Positions 6,974 to 16,018 of a DNA stretch of 41,388 nucleotides are shown piece by piece. The notes under the pieces were generated by a model. It did not search any database. It was not told the DNA's origin and worked only from the letters and a program-made list of their open reading frames with translations. The stretch lies in the IMG/VR virus record IMGVR_UViG_2648501563_000004. One strand, given 5' to 3'. The position numbers and the translations under genes are program-made. Position 1 is the stretch's first letter; each line of letters starts with the position of its first letter. The stretch comes from a virus.

Positions 6974-9715
6974 ATGACAAGCCCTTTCTTACCTTGTTCT
7001 TTTTCATACAATGACGCTCCGTCAGGGGGCGTATTAATGCCGATGATCATAGCCGGTAGAGCACCTTCAGATTCAATAGATAAGCAATATAGTTCGGGAT
7101 ATTTATGGCTCTCAGACTTATTTCAAGGTGGTTCAGGAACTTTATATGTACAGGCGGGAAATAGTGCAGGTGCGCCAAATTGGACCCCTTTATCTGTTGC
7201 GTCTGGTGTATTAAATACTCTTTCGGATGGTTCTACAATTGTCAGTGCGATAGCAGGTAATATAAGATTAGTAGGAACAGCAAATCAGGTTTCGGTTACA
7301 TCAAATGCCCCTGGTCATGAATTAAATTTTACACTTCCTGCAAATATTATAACTCCTGGCGCAATGACTGTAACAGGACTTTTGACCTTGTTATCAGGTA
7401 TCACCATTACGGAAGGAGTCACAATTACAGGGGGACTGACTACTGATACTCTTACATCTACAGGAAACACAACTCTAGCGACTACAGGATCAACTACAAA
7501 TACTTTCGGAGCGGTATCAGGAACAACGACAATCGATCTTAGAGTGGGTCACACTGGAGCTAATGACTTCCTCGTCGAAGGTACTACAAATTCAACCATT
7601 TTTATTGGTAAGGGCCTCACAACAGGAGCAACAACAATCGGGGCGACGGCACAGACTGGCGCAATTACAATCGGTTCAAGCTCAGGAGCTAGCAACAGCG
7701 TATTAATTGCAAATGGAACTGGATCTACTACTGTATCAATTGCAAATGTGACAACAGCCGGAGCAGCTGTCAATATAATGGAAGGCGTTAATACCGTTGC
7801 AAATACATTTAGTCTGTGTTCTGGTGCAGTAAATGGCGATAATACGGTAAATATATTAAGCGGAAATGCCGTTGGAGGAACTTTAGCCTTTAATCTGTTT
7901 GGTGCATTATCAGCAACCACAGGGGGAACTGTTAACATTGGAACAGGGGCAGCTGCTCACGTGGTCAATATTGGTAATGCGACCGCAGCGACCGCGTCTA
8001 AAGTTGCTATTTTAGTTGGAACAGGTTCGTCACCTGACTTCCTAGTTGATGGGATTACTACATCTACATATCAAATAGGACCTTCTACCACTACAGGAAC
8101 AATCGTTATTGGCGGAACAGCAATGACAGGTGCCGGGGTTATAACTCTAGGTAGCTCCTCAGCAAGTTCTACCGTTAAAATAGCTTCTGGTGCTGGAGCA
8201 TCAACCGTCACAATTGGTGAAGGAACAGCAGCAGCAAATACAGTAAGTATTATTAATGGGACAAACAATGCTGGTGCAGGAACTGTAAATATTCTTTCTG
8301 GAGCTACTCCATCAACTGCGCAAACTCTCAATATAATGAATGGTGTAACAAGTGCAGCAGTAGCCCAAACATTTAATTTAATGATTGGTAACGTTGCAAC
8401 TGGCACATCAGCGGTTAACATTGGAACAGGATCTCAGCCTATTACAATTAAGCTAGGTGGAACGGGATCAGGAGTTAAAACAATTTCTATTGGTGATGGC
8501 GTTTCTGGAAATCAAATTACAATTGGAAATGGTGCAAACTCAACGGCACAAGCAATATCAATTGCTTCTGGAACTTCTGCAACTCAAACCTCATCAGTTT
8601 CTATATTGGATGGGGCAACACCTGGAAATGATCAGACCTTGGCAGTGATGGCAGGTGTGGCAAGTGCAGGAACTCAGAGCGTTCAAATTCTAGGTGGCGC
8701 AAATACAACAGGTTCCCAAAACTTCCAATTGTTTAATGGTGCTATTAATGGTGCAACGGATACCGTCAGCATATTTAGTGGAGTTATTGCAGGGGCTAGC
8801 ACATGTAAATTTGATCTGTTTAATGGTAATGCGTCAGCAGCAACATCCTTAACAGTAAATATTTTTGGATCGGCAGCAGCGACAAAATTAGGAACAGTTA
8901 ACATTGGAACAGGGGCCGTAGCTCACGTTACAAACATAGGAAGTTCAAGTGGTGGAAACGTCACGATTATTGGTGGCGCAACAGCTACAATCGGTATAGG
9001 CTTGGGTGGTAATGTTGCTCAAGTAATCACAATTGGCGCAGCAGGTCAAACAGGTATTATTTCTCTAGGAACATCATCAGGAACAAACGTTGTTAATTTG
9101 GGAACTGGAAACGGCAATAAAACAATGAATATTGTTACTGGAACTGGAACAAATGCAATCCATATCGGAGATGGAGCTGGTACAAATACAATAACAATTG
9201 GTACAAGCAATAGTACATCAACATTAAATCTATTGGCTGGAAGTGGTAATATTAACATGACTGGAGCCGTTACAAAATCTACAAACCCAGCCTTCTTATT
9301 AAATCTTGGAGCCACACAAACAAATGTTACTGGTACAGGTACAGCCTATACAATTGGAACAGGTGCAACTTTGACTGTCGTATTTGATAAGGGTTCTAAT
9401 GCTACAACCTCTGGGGTGTTTACTGCTCCTGTAACAGGACTTTATAGTCTAGGTGCTCAAGTTACAGTCCAAGGAACAACAATAGCCACAACATTTGTGA
9501 TTTCACTTGTTACAACAGCAAGGACATACACAAATACATTTACAAGAGCAGCAGGAGCGACAAATCAGACTGTAGCAATAAATTCGATATGCGATATGAC
9601 TGCAACTGATACGGCCCATATTACAATTGCCGTCACAGGGGAAGGCGCTGACAGTGATGACATTACTGGTTCGGCTTCTCCTGCTACATTTTTCTTTGGT
9701 AATTTGGTTGGATAA
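6974..9715 (+). CDS. Tail fibre (913 aa): long Gly/Thr/Ala-rich beta-helix-like repeat shaft with a C-terminal C1q/TNF-like globular head
   Basis: RBS GGAG is present. There are tens of degenerate ..V.IG.G.. repeats, with VNIGTGAAAHVVNIGN and VNIGTGAVAHVTNIGS recurring. The last ~140 aa (nt ~9284-9712) contain FDKGSNATTSGVFTAPVTGLYSL ... FFFGNLVG, matching the C1q hallmark F-x5-G-x-Y-x-[FL]. Confidence 0.85.
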   Translation: MTSPFLPCSFSYNDAPSGGVLMPMIIAGRAPSDSIDKQYSSGYLWLSDLFQGGSGTLYVQAGNSAGAPNWTPLSVASGVLNTLSDGSTIVSAIAGNIRLVGTANQVSVTSNAPGHELNFTLPANIITPGAMTVTGLLTLLSGITITEGVTITGGLTTDTLTSTGNTTLATTGSTTNTFGAVSGTTTIDLRVGHTGANDFLVEGTTNSTIFIGKGLTTGATTIGATAQTGAITIGSSSGASNSVLIANGTGSTTVSIANVTTAGAAVNIMEGVNTVANTFSLCSGAVNGDNTVNILSGNAVGGTLAFNLFGALSATTGGTVNIGTGAAAHVVNIGNATAATASKVAILVGTGSSPDFLVDGITTSTYQIGPSTTTGTIVIGGTAMTGAGVITLGSSSASSTVKIASGAGASTVTIGEGTAAANTVSIINGTNNAGAGTVNILSGATPSTAQTLNIMNGVTSAAVAQTFNLMIGNVATGTSAVNIGTGSQPITIKLGGTGSGVKTISIGDGVSGNQITIGNGANSTAQAISIASGTSATQTSSVSILDGATPGNDQTLAVMAGVASAGTQSVQILGGANTTGSQNFQLFNGAINGATDTVSIFSGVIAGASTCKFDLFNGNASAATSLTVNIFGSAAATKLGTVNIGTGAVAHVTNIGSSSGGNVTIIGGATATIGIGLGGNVAQVITIGAAGQTGIISLGTSSGTNVVNLGTGNGNKTMNIVTGTGTNAIHIGDGAGTNTITIGTSNSTSTLNLLAGSGNINMTGAVTKSTNPAFLLNLGATQTNVTGTGTAYTIGTGATLTVVFDKGSNATTSGVFTAPVTGLYSLGAQVTVQGTTIATTFVISLVTTARTYTNTFTRAAGATNQTVAINSICDMTATDTAHITIAVTGEGADSDDITGSASPATFFFGNLVG

Positions 9716-9759
9716 TATGTATATTCTTGAATGTAACTTAAACCTTGAGGATATACTTT

Positions 9760-9981
9760 ATGATGAAAATACTAAGCCAACTAGAACACAAAATCGGAGA
9801 AAAGGCGTACCAATTTGTTTGTGCGCCTGACTCTCCTCTTGCAGAAGTGAAAGAAGCATTAATTAAGTTTATGTCTTATGTTTCACAAATCGAAGACAAC
9901 GCAAAAGCAGCTCAAGCGCAATCAGAAGCTGAAAAACCCGTTGATGCAGTTGTAGAACAAGAACAACCAAAACAAGAGTAA
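9760..9981 (+). CDS. Small acidic protein (73 aa), possible fibre-associated/chaperone
   Basis: GAGGA RBS before the ATG at 9760. The ORF track TTG start at 9745 is less likely. It sits between fibre genes. Confidence 0.55.
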   Translation: MMKILSQLEHKIGEKAYQFVCAPDSPLAEVKEALIKFMSYVSQIEDNAKAAQAQSEAEKPVDAVVEQEQPKQE

Positions 9982-9985
9982 TTTC

Positions 9986-10327
9986 ATGGCTAATGGCTTG
10001 AGAATAATTCCTGAGACAACAAGAGTGTTTGAAAGCCCTGGTTTTTCGGGGAGCTTCCAAAAAATTGGAACTCCCTTGACCTATGCTTCTCCACTTCTTA
10101 AATTCATAAATAACAGTAATGTTTTTGTGAGTGTATCTTGGGACGGAATAAATACCCATGACGTTTTACCACCGAACTCATTTGCTCTTTATGATTTCTG
10201 TAGTGATGCGGGAACATCAAGGGGGCTTTATGCAGCACAAGGGACACAATTTTGGGTTTCTGGTAGTGCTGGAGCAGGAAATACAGGTTCTGTTTATTTA
10301 GTTGTATTTCATACTTCGGAATTTTAG
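9986..10327 (+). CDS. Hypothetical tail-associated protein (113 aa)
   Basis: Non-overlapping ORF co-linear with the fibre genes. I recognised no motif. Confidence 0.55.
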   Translation: MANGLRIIPETTRVFESPGFSGSFQKIGTPLTYASPLLKFINNSNVFVSVSWDGINTHDVLPPNSFALYDFCSDAGTSRGLYAAQGTQFWVSGSAGAGNTGSVYLVVFHTSEF

Positions 10328-10335
10328 GGGGTCTC

Positions 10336-10893
10336 ATGTCACAAAGTGGAATTCTTAACATTTCTGGTGGTGGCGGAAGCGGATCTCCTATTGAGACTGT
10401 AACGGGCAATGATAATATCGCCGTTCCACCAACAGCAAATAATATTTTTTTAGTGGGTGGAACATCTACGGCATTTAATCCTAATGGTATAGCCACATCG
10501 GGAAACGCTGGAACAAGTACAGAGACAATATCCCTAACAAATAGAATTCAGGGATCTCAAACCACTTCAGATGGATCAGGACAAACACAGATTGTATATA
10601 CTTTTCCATTAGGAGCTACACCAGGAGTCTTTCAATTCAGTACTCAAATTGTTGCTTTTGATAAAACTTCAATTTTAGGAGCTGGTTACTGGATAACGAA
10701 CACAGTTCGAACAACTGGGGCAGCAGGAGTTTTAGTAGGAACGCCTGATATCATTCTTCAAGAAGAAGGCGAACTTTCTAACGTTAACGTTTTTCTTGCG
10801 ATTGTTGGAAATAGTTTAGAATTGGAAGTCACCGGGTTGGCAGGAAAAACAATTGATTGGTTTGCTATTACTACATATGTTTTTGTTTCATAA
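10336..10893 (+). CDS. Tail fibre/appendage protein (185 aa)
   Basis: The Gly-rich N-terminus GILNISGGGGSGSPIETVTG resembles fibre N-terminal adaptors. It is tightly packed with its neighbours. Confidence 0.6.
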   Translation: MSQSGILNISGGGGSGSPIETVTGNDNIAVPPTANNIFLVGGTSTAFNPNGIATSGNAGTSTETISLTNRIQGSQTTSDGSGQTQIVYTFPLGATPGVFQFSTQIVAFDKTSILGAGYWITNTVRTTGAAGVLVGTPDIILQEEGELSNVNVFLAIVGNSLELEVTGLAGKTIDWFAITTYVFVS

Positions 10894-10902
10894 GGGGTTA
10901 AA

Positions 10903-12312
10903 ATGGCTGGTTTTGATAATAGTGTAGAGTATTCGACAGGTATACGATTATCTGCTTCTAGTGCTGGCGATATAGCAACAATGCAACAGTCAGTTACCGA
11001 TATAAGCATGATTAACCATACAGGTAATCCAAATGGTGTTGTTAGTGCAAATCCTGGATCAGTTTCTTTTGACCCATCATCCGGTAATATCTGGCAAAAA
11101 ACATCTGGAACGGGTAATACAGTCTGGACTTTAATTTCAGACGCCTTAACTGATCTCCATGTCGCTAAATGGATAGTTAACCCGACTCCCGGAGCAGGTG
11201 GAAACCAAACGACTATTTCATCAGCTATAGCAGCAGCTTCGAGCGGTGATACAATATTTGTAACTCCCGGAACATACACAGAAAATCTGACTCTTAAAGC
11301 TGGCGTTAACATCGTTGCTTTTGATGCGGATGCATTTACTCCAAATGTTACGATCATTGGTAAAATGACTGCTACATTTACAGGAACATGCACTTTGTCA
11401 GGTTTACGATTTCAAACAAATTCCGACTTTATATTAGTGATATCAGGATCAAACGCTACAATTGTTAATATGTTTGATTGTTATATTAATGCCACAAATA
11501 ACTCAGCATTTTCACTTACTAGTAGCGGCGGAGCTGCTCTTACTTTAGATTATTGTAATGGTTCATTAGGAACTACAGGAATTAATTATTTTACAATAAC
11601 AAACAATACTAATATTACATTTGAAAATTGTATAATGCTTAACTCATCTCCATCAACGACAGCCTCGACTTCATCTGTTGGATTAATTGCATTTGATAAT
11701 ACATTATTTCTAAATCAAGTAACTACTACGAGCACAGCTGGAGTAAGTTCTGTATATTCAGATTTTAGAAATGGTGGTTCTTCAAATCAAATCTGTTTTA
11801 CTATAGGTGGAAGTAGTGCGAATTTCATTAGATTTTCAAATTTGGAATCAGGTACACAAAGTTGTATTTCTGTCAGCACATCAGTAACTTTGGAATCCTG
11901 CACTTTAAATTCTACTAATACAAATGTTATTACAGGTGCTGGCAGCATTAATTATTGTGGTTTAAATTTTACAGGTTCTTCTTCATTGATGAATACCACT
12001 ACTCAAGTTCCATTGGTTGCATCAAACAATGCTGTAACAGTAAAAACACCTGGAGCCTATCCTTACACGACTGTTCCACAAGATTATCTAATCCTAGTCG
12101 ATACGACATCAGCTCGAACTATAATACCACTTGCATCACCGACTACGGGACAGGTGCATGTTATTAAAGACAACGTAGGATCAGCAGCGGCGAATAATAT
12201 CACAATCACACCATCGGGTAAAAATATAGATGGAAATGCTTCATTTGTTATTAATACTAATTATGGAAGTAAAACGATCGTTTTCAATGGTGTTCAATGG
12301 AATTGTTACTAA
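10903..12312 (+). CDS. Tailspike with right-handed parallel beta-helix (pectate-lyase-like), putative depolymerase
   Basis: GNQTTISSAIAAASSGDTIFVTPGTYTENLTLKAGVNIVAF is the typical beta-helix cap/first-coil signature. It is followed by Asn/Ser/Thr-rich coils. Confidence 0.7.
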   Translation: MAGFDNSVEYSTGIRLSASSAGDIATMQQSVTDISMINHTGNPNGVVSANPGSVSFDPSSGNIWQKTSGTGNTVWTLISDALTDLHVAKWIVNPTPGAGGNQTTISSAIAAASSGDTIFVTPGTYTENLTLKAGVNIVAFDADAFTPNVTIIGKMTATFTGTCTLSGLRFQTNSDFILVISGSNATIVNMFDCYINATNNSAFSLTSSGGAALTLDYCNGSLGTTGINYFTITNNTNITFENCIMLNSSPSTTASTSSVGLIAFDNTLFLNQVTTTSTAGVSSVYSDFRNGGSSNQICFTIGGSSANFIRFSNLESGTQSCISVSTSVTLESCTLNSTNTNVITGAGSINYCGLNFTGSSSLMNTTTQVPLVASNNAVTVKTPGAYPYTTVPQDYLILVDTTSARTIIPLASPTTGQVHVIKDNVGSAAANNITITPSGKNIDGNASFVINTNYGSKTIVFNGVQWNCY

Positions 12313-12324
12313 AAAGGAATTAAT

Positions 12325-12984
12325 ATGTCAGATATAGGAACAGGAACAACAGGAACAATGTTACAAGGTGGCGGATCAGGCGCTTCACCTAAGTTTTCAA
12401 CCACAACATATCCAACTACAAACGCTGTAAATACTCTTTTATATGCATCATCAGCAAACGTAATGGGTGCTTTAGCAACAGCAAACTCTGGTGTTTTAGC
12501 AACTGATGGATCAGGTGTCCCGTCTATTACTGCAACACCAACAGTGACATCTATTACATTTGGGTCTGGAACAGCATTAAGTAGTTATGTTCAAGGAACT
12601 TGGACGCCAACAATTGTAGGTGGAAGTGTTGCAGGATCAACAACATATGTTGCACAAAATGGTTATTATACTCGAATTGGTAATATTGTTTATGTTCAAG
12701 GATTTATAAATATATCAGCTGCAACAGGAACTGGCGACGCAACTATAGGCGCATTACCATTTACAATTAAAAATCAAACTAATGGATACGCAGCAGGTGC
12801 ACTTTTACTTGGAGGAAGCACGAATTGGGTTTTTCCAACTGGTTATACTTGTCTAGTTGGTATAGGAATATTAAATACAACTACTATAGTGATTGGATGT
12901 ATGAAAACAGCATCGGGATCCTCAAATCTTCAAATGGCAAATGGACCCGCACAATTTTATTTTAGTATGACTTATCAAATATAA
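12325..12984 (+). CDS. Tail fibre protein (219 aa)
   Basis: GTWTPTIVGGSVAGSTTYVAQNGYYTRIGNIVYVQGFI is a motif recurrent in phage fibre tip domains. The N-terminus is Gly/Thr-rich. Confidence 0.65.
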   Translation: MSDIGTGTTGTMLQGGGSGASPKFSTTTYPTTNAVNTLLYASSANVMGALATANSGVLATDGSGVPSITATPTVTSITFGSGTALSSYVQGTWTPTIVGGSVAGSTTYVAQNGYYTRIGNIVYVQGFINISAATGTGDATIGALPFTIKNQTNGYAAGALLLGGSTNWVFPTGYTCLVGIGILNTTTIVIGCMKTASGSSNLQMANGPAQFYFSMTYQI

Positions 12985-13000
12985 GGGGCTTTCACCCCTT
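12983..13000. terminator. Hairpin between convergent genes (possible bidirectional terminator)
   Basis: AAGGGG-cttTca-CCCCTT stem-loop lies directly after the stop of 12325..12984 and faces the 3' end of 13031..13342. There is no clean U-tract. Confidence 0.4.
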
Positions 13001-13030
13001 GGAATTGTGTTGATTTAACACATATTTTTG

Positions 13031-13342
13031 TTAGAAATTGACACAACCTGCGTTATCTACGACGTAGGTACTTGAGCCTTTCGTGTGATGAACACAGCTA
13101 AACATATCGTCTAGACGAGTGTTAAACTCCTCGAATTCTAAATAACATTTCTCGCAGTCGGGGTGATGTAGAAATTCGAAACCGCCGTAGCAATTATGTT
13201 CTACGATCATCCACATATGTCCGTCATATTCTACGTTTTGAATGACAAAGCCTAGATTCTCGACATATTCGCCAGCCTCACTTTGGCCTGGTTCTGCATA
13301 ACAGAATGTCATTGTGAGTGCTAATAGCATTAGTTTATTCAT
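13031..13342 (-). CDS. Secreted Cys/His-rich small protein (103 aa), moron-like
   Basis: The N-terminal MNKLMLLALTMTFCYA looks like a signal peptide. The mature part has 7 Cys and several His (HHPDCEKC, CVHH). It is the last gene of the minus-strand block. Confidence 0.6.
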   Translation of the reverse strand: MNKLMLLALTMTFCYAEPGQSEAGEYVENLGFVIQNVEYDGHMWMIVEHNCYGGFEFLHHPDCEKCYLEFEEFNTRLDDMFSCVHHTKGSSTYVVDNAGCVNF

Positions 13343-13427
13343 TGTTTTTTTCCTTTAGTTTATTTTTGTTAATTCTACCAACTTATACCAACTTATAGTT
13401 GCTTATACCTGATTTTAAGTATAACTT

Positions 13428-13661
13428 TTATTCTATCTTACCGCCTTCGATTTTCAAAACTTCAATATCGCCATGTTTAAGTGCTTTAATTATCATTTCC
13501 TTAAATTCAGGAACTGGAATATCCTTATCAGTTCTAAATTCAAATTTTTCTTCAATTCCAATTTTATCAATATTAAGATCTACTTCTTTCATGAATTTCG
13601 AGACATCTTTTAATAATTTATTCTGGATAATCATTTCAAATCTATATCTGAATGGTTTCAT
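13428..13661 (-). CDS. Hypothetical early protein (77 aa)
   Basis: Start overlaps the stop of the upstream gene by 1 nt. No motif recognised. Confidence 0.55.
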   Translation of the reverse strand: MKPFRYRFEMIIQNKLLKDVSKFMKEVDLNIDKIGIEEKFEFRTDKDIPVPEFKEMIIKALKHGDIEVLKIEGGKIE

Positions 13662-13963
13662 TATTTCCTCTCATTCCAAATCATTTTAAGCATATCGGGT
13701 TTCCCATATACGACAGGCCCCTTTGCGTTACAATCAACGCAGACTATCCTAATTTGCTCACCATTGGGTTTTAAGTATCCGACCTTCTCTTCGACTAGTA
13801 ACTTTGATCCACACCAAGGGCAAGGCTTTATGTCAGTAAAAACCTGCATCACCTTTTCAACTTCTTTCTTCCGGCATTCAAGGCAGTAGATATTCCAACC
13901 ATCGCGAGACCATGATTTAAAGACATTTTCGCAATGTAATGTGTAGCACTGAATTTGTATCAT
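13661..13963 (-). CDS. Lar-family-like zinc-ribbon protein (restriction alleviation candidate)
   Basis: The C-terminal KPCPWCGS...VCVDCNAKGPVVYG...MIWNERK matches the remembered Lar pattern (KPCPFCG..C..C.a.gp...a...WN.R). The start at 13963 gives an ATGA overlap with the upstream stop. The ORF track extends to 13999. Confidence 0.55.
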   Translation of the reverse strand: MIQIQCYTLHCENVFKSWSRDGWNIYCLECRKKEVEKVMQVFTDIKPCPWCGSKLLVEEKVGYLKPNGEQIRIVCVDCNAKGPVVYGKPDMLKMIWNERK

Positions 13964-14181
13964 TTCTGTAATTCCTTTAGACATTTTTCCATGACCCATA
14001 GTTTATGTTCGAGATCCGATATCCGTTGCTCTTGATCTGTGAATTTTTTTCCTATAGCGTTGATGCTGGCGTAAGTTCCACGGCGAACTTTATTAGAACT
14101 CTCCTCTAATCTTTTAACCTCTTTTCTAATCTCAAAAATAGGATCTATTGGGAAAAAATCAAGTTGATACATGTTTACCAT
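13960..14181 (-). CDS. Hypothetical early protein (73 aa), coiled-coil-like
   Basis: ORF within the tightly coupled minus-strand operon. Confidence 0.5.
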   Translation of the reverse strand: MVNMYQLDFFPIDPIFEIRKEVKRLEESSNKVRRGTYASINAIGKKFTDQEQRISDLEHKLWVMEKCLKELQK

Positions 14182-14749
14182 TTGATTGAGAAATTATAAA
14201 ACTATTTCTTTCTATTTCTTTCTTTAAAATAGCATAAGAAATATTTAAAGATTTAGAGAGATTTCGAATATTTATTCCATATTTATAATTTACTCTTCCT
14301 CTTCGATTATCTCTTTGTTCTTTTGCAGTTGACCATTTACAATTTGAAGCTTCATAATTTCCATGATTATTAATTCTATCAATCGACATTTTTTCTGGTC
14401 TTTTTCCCATATCCTTTAAAAAATTTTCAAATGATTCTAACCATCTATCACAAACTTTTATTCCTCTTTCACCATAATATTTATAACTGCCACTTTTTTT
14501 ATTATAACATCTTTGTTTTATTGCGAGCCAAGCGCGATATTCCGGTATATTTAGTTTACTACATCCATGAGTTACTTTAGTTTTTTTCTTATGACATTCT
14601 ATACATTTTTTACTTCTTCCTAATCTTAACAAACTACCATCAACAGGTTTAATATTTTTACAAATACATTCGGATAACCAATAATATTTACCTTTTTGTT
14701 TATGAGAAAATTTTATAACAGTCCAATCGTTAAATTTTTTTCCAGTCAT
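14159..14749 (-). CDS. HNH/His-Me-finger family endonuclease-like protein
   Basis: EYRAWLAIKQRCYNKKSGSYKYYGERGIKVCDRWLESFENFLKDMGKRPEKMSIDRINNHGNYEASNCKWST is a widespread phage HNH-associated architecture. The N-terminal GKKFNDWTVI resembles that of 16425..17087. The start is uncertain and could be 14749, 14770 or 14854. Confidence 0.7.
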   Translation of the reverse strand: MTGKKFNDWTVIKFSHKQKGKYYWLSECICKNIKPVDGSLLRLGRSKKCIECHKKKTKVTHGCSKLNIPEYRAWLAIKQRCYNKKSGSYKYYGERGIKVCDRWLESFENFLKDMGKRPEKMSIDRINNHGNYEASNCKWSTAKEQRDNRRGRVNYKYGINIRNLSKSLNISYAILKKEIERNSFIISQSNGKHVST

Positions 14750-14795
14750 GTCGATACATTTTTTAATCATGAGGTTGCCAATAATTAAGTTTTTG

Positions 14796-15662
14796 TTAAG
14801 TTCTGATCTCCCAATACTGACTCGCGGTTTTTCTATATTTGGACACGACATCATCCGAAATATTCAGATCAGTAGTCAGTTGGCGATAATCCACGTTACC
14901 GATTCGAGTTCTTTGGCTGATTTTACATTGCATACACGTTGTGTTTTCCGTAGTCATTTCAATGAGCTTCTGTTTGCTCTTTTCTTCGAGTTCCTTCCAT
15001 CTTTTTGCGCATTCTTTGTTTTGCAAATAGATCATCAGTTGTTCCATATATGGCTGATCGTCTCTATATGTATAATCTCTATCAGACAGTTCAGGCTCAG
15101 TAAAAGTAACGACATTGTTCCAGAAAAGGCGTTCCTGTTCAAGCATGTTCCTAATGTAATCTTCGTTTCTCTTCACTTCAACGATTACCCCGCTTTCCCC
15201 ATCATATGACACATAAAACATTTGTTTTAGACCAGTAACTTCTAGTTGATGCTGAAATTGAGCGTAATATTTTTGTGGAGATTTTCCTAATTTAGCATCT
15301 TCATGTTCTGCTTTACTTCCACATTTAATTTCTACACAAACACCTTGTTCAATATTATAACCATCTAAATTTGCATGAATGAAACTAATGGATTTATGCT
15401 TCAAGAATATAGCAGGAAGATCAACACCTAATTCACGTTCGCACCAATCGCGCGCAAATGGCTCCAGAATAACCCCACGAGACATTGCGCTATTTGTAAA
15501 GTTAGATTCTTTAAGCCCAAGCTTCTCACACCACAGTGTATGCGGAGTTTTGTAGGGAGAATCTCCTAGAATTATTGGGGCGTCCGATGCTCCGATCGAA
15601 TTGGAGCGGTAAAATTTCCAAATTTCTGACCCAGGTTCTAAATGTGTTTCCATGCTTCCCAT
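14796..15662 (-). CDS. YqaJ-like (lambda Exo family) recombination exonuclease
   Basis: WKFYRSNSIGASDAPIILGDSPYKTPHTLWCEKLGL .. AMSRGVILEP .. NLDGY .. VEIKC follows the YqaJ/PD-(D/E)xK pattern. Confidence 0.85.
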   Translation of the reverse strand: MGSMETHLEPGSEIWKFYRSNSIGASDAPIILGDSPYKTPHTLWCEKLGLKESNFTNSAMSRGVILEPFARDWCERELGVDLPAIFLKHKSISFIHANLDGYNIEQGVCVEIKCGSKAEHEDAKLGKSPQKYYAQFQHQLEVTGLKQMFYVSYDGESGVIVEVKRNEDYIRNMLEQERLFWNNVVTFTEPELSDRDYTYRDDQPYMEQLMIYLQNKECAKRWKELEEKSKQKLIEMTTENTTCMQCKISQRTRIGNVDYRQLTTDLNISDDVVSKYRKTASQYWEIRT

Positions 15663-15663
15663 C

Positions 15664-15852
15664 TTATTTCCTTTCCAATTCCGTTATTCTAGAATGATGA
15701 CAATTTTTTAAGGTCAATAAAAAATCAACATCTGATCTTAATAACATAATTTTTATTTCGTTTTCAATATCTTTTTTATATAATTTATTTAAAGGGTAAA
15801 ATATAAATATATTATTTATAATTAAAATAACAATCAATAAAATATCTTCCAT
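15664..15852 (-). CDS. Small membrane protein (62 aa)
   Basis: Hydrophobic N-terminus ILLIVILIINNIFIFY. It sits within the operon. Confidence 0.45.
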   Translation of the reverse strand: MEDILLIVILIINNIFIFYPLNKLYKKDIENEIKIMLLRSDVDFLLTLKNCHHSRITELERK

Positions 15853-15853
15853 C

Positions 15854-16018
15854 TTAAAACTTCCCCACGGCGATCACGCCTAAATGATGTTTTTCCTCAT
15901 CTCTAATATTCACCGGGATATTGCGTACAATCCACATATCCCGGCGTTGCTGTCTAATCAAATCGTATCTGCCGATCTTGGTCATCTTGTCCTGTAAGAC
16001 TGCCGTCATTCGTTTCAT
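15854..16018 (-). CDS. Small basic protein (54 aa), below the ORF-track length cut-off
   Basis: Hand translation gives MKRMTAVLQDKMTKIGRYDLIRQQRRDMWIVRNIPVNIRDEEKHHLGVIAVGKF. It fills the gap and its start overlaps the upstream stop. Confidence 0.45.
   Translation of the reverse strand: MKRMTAVLQDKMTKIGRYDLIRQQRRDMWIVRNIPVNIRDEEKHHLGVIAVGKF

Noticed and set aside
7549-9315. Four long minus-strand ORFs (7549-7938, 8071-8421, 8683-8904, 9046-9315) inside the fibre gene
   Set aside because: They are entirely antisense to a well-supported 913-aa repeat protein. Their products are Val/Pro/Ala-rich mirror images of the Gly/Thr/Ala codon repeats. They have no RBS or independent context. They are a compositional artefact of the repetitive DNA.
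10758-11393. 211-aa minus-strand ORF overlapping two tail genes
   Set aside because: It is antisense to the 10336-10893 and 10903-12312 genes, has no RBS and has a low-complexity hydrophobic product. The plus-strand genes carry recognisable fibre and beta-helix motifs.
6974-12984. Diversity-generating retroelement targeting the fibre genes
   Set aside because: No reverse transcriptase ORF is present. No template/variable repeat pair with adenine-specific differences was seen. The internal repeats are protein-structural repeats.
14748-15209. 153-aa plus-strand ORF opposite the YqaJ exonuclease gene
   Set aside because: It is antisense to a gene with a clear YqaJ motif set. Its product is Ile/Phe/Leu/Ser-rich, typical of AT-rich antisense frames.
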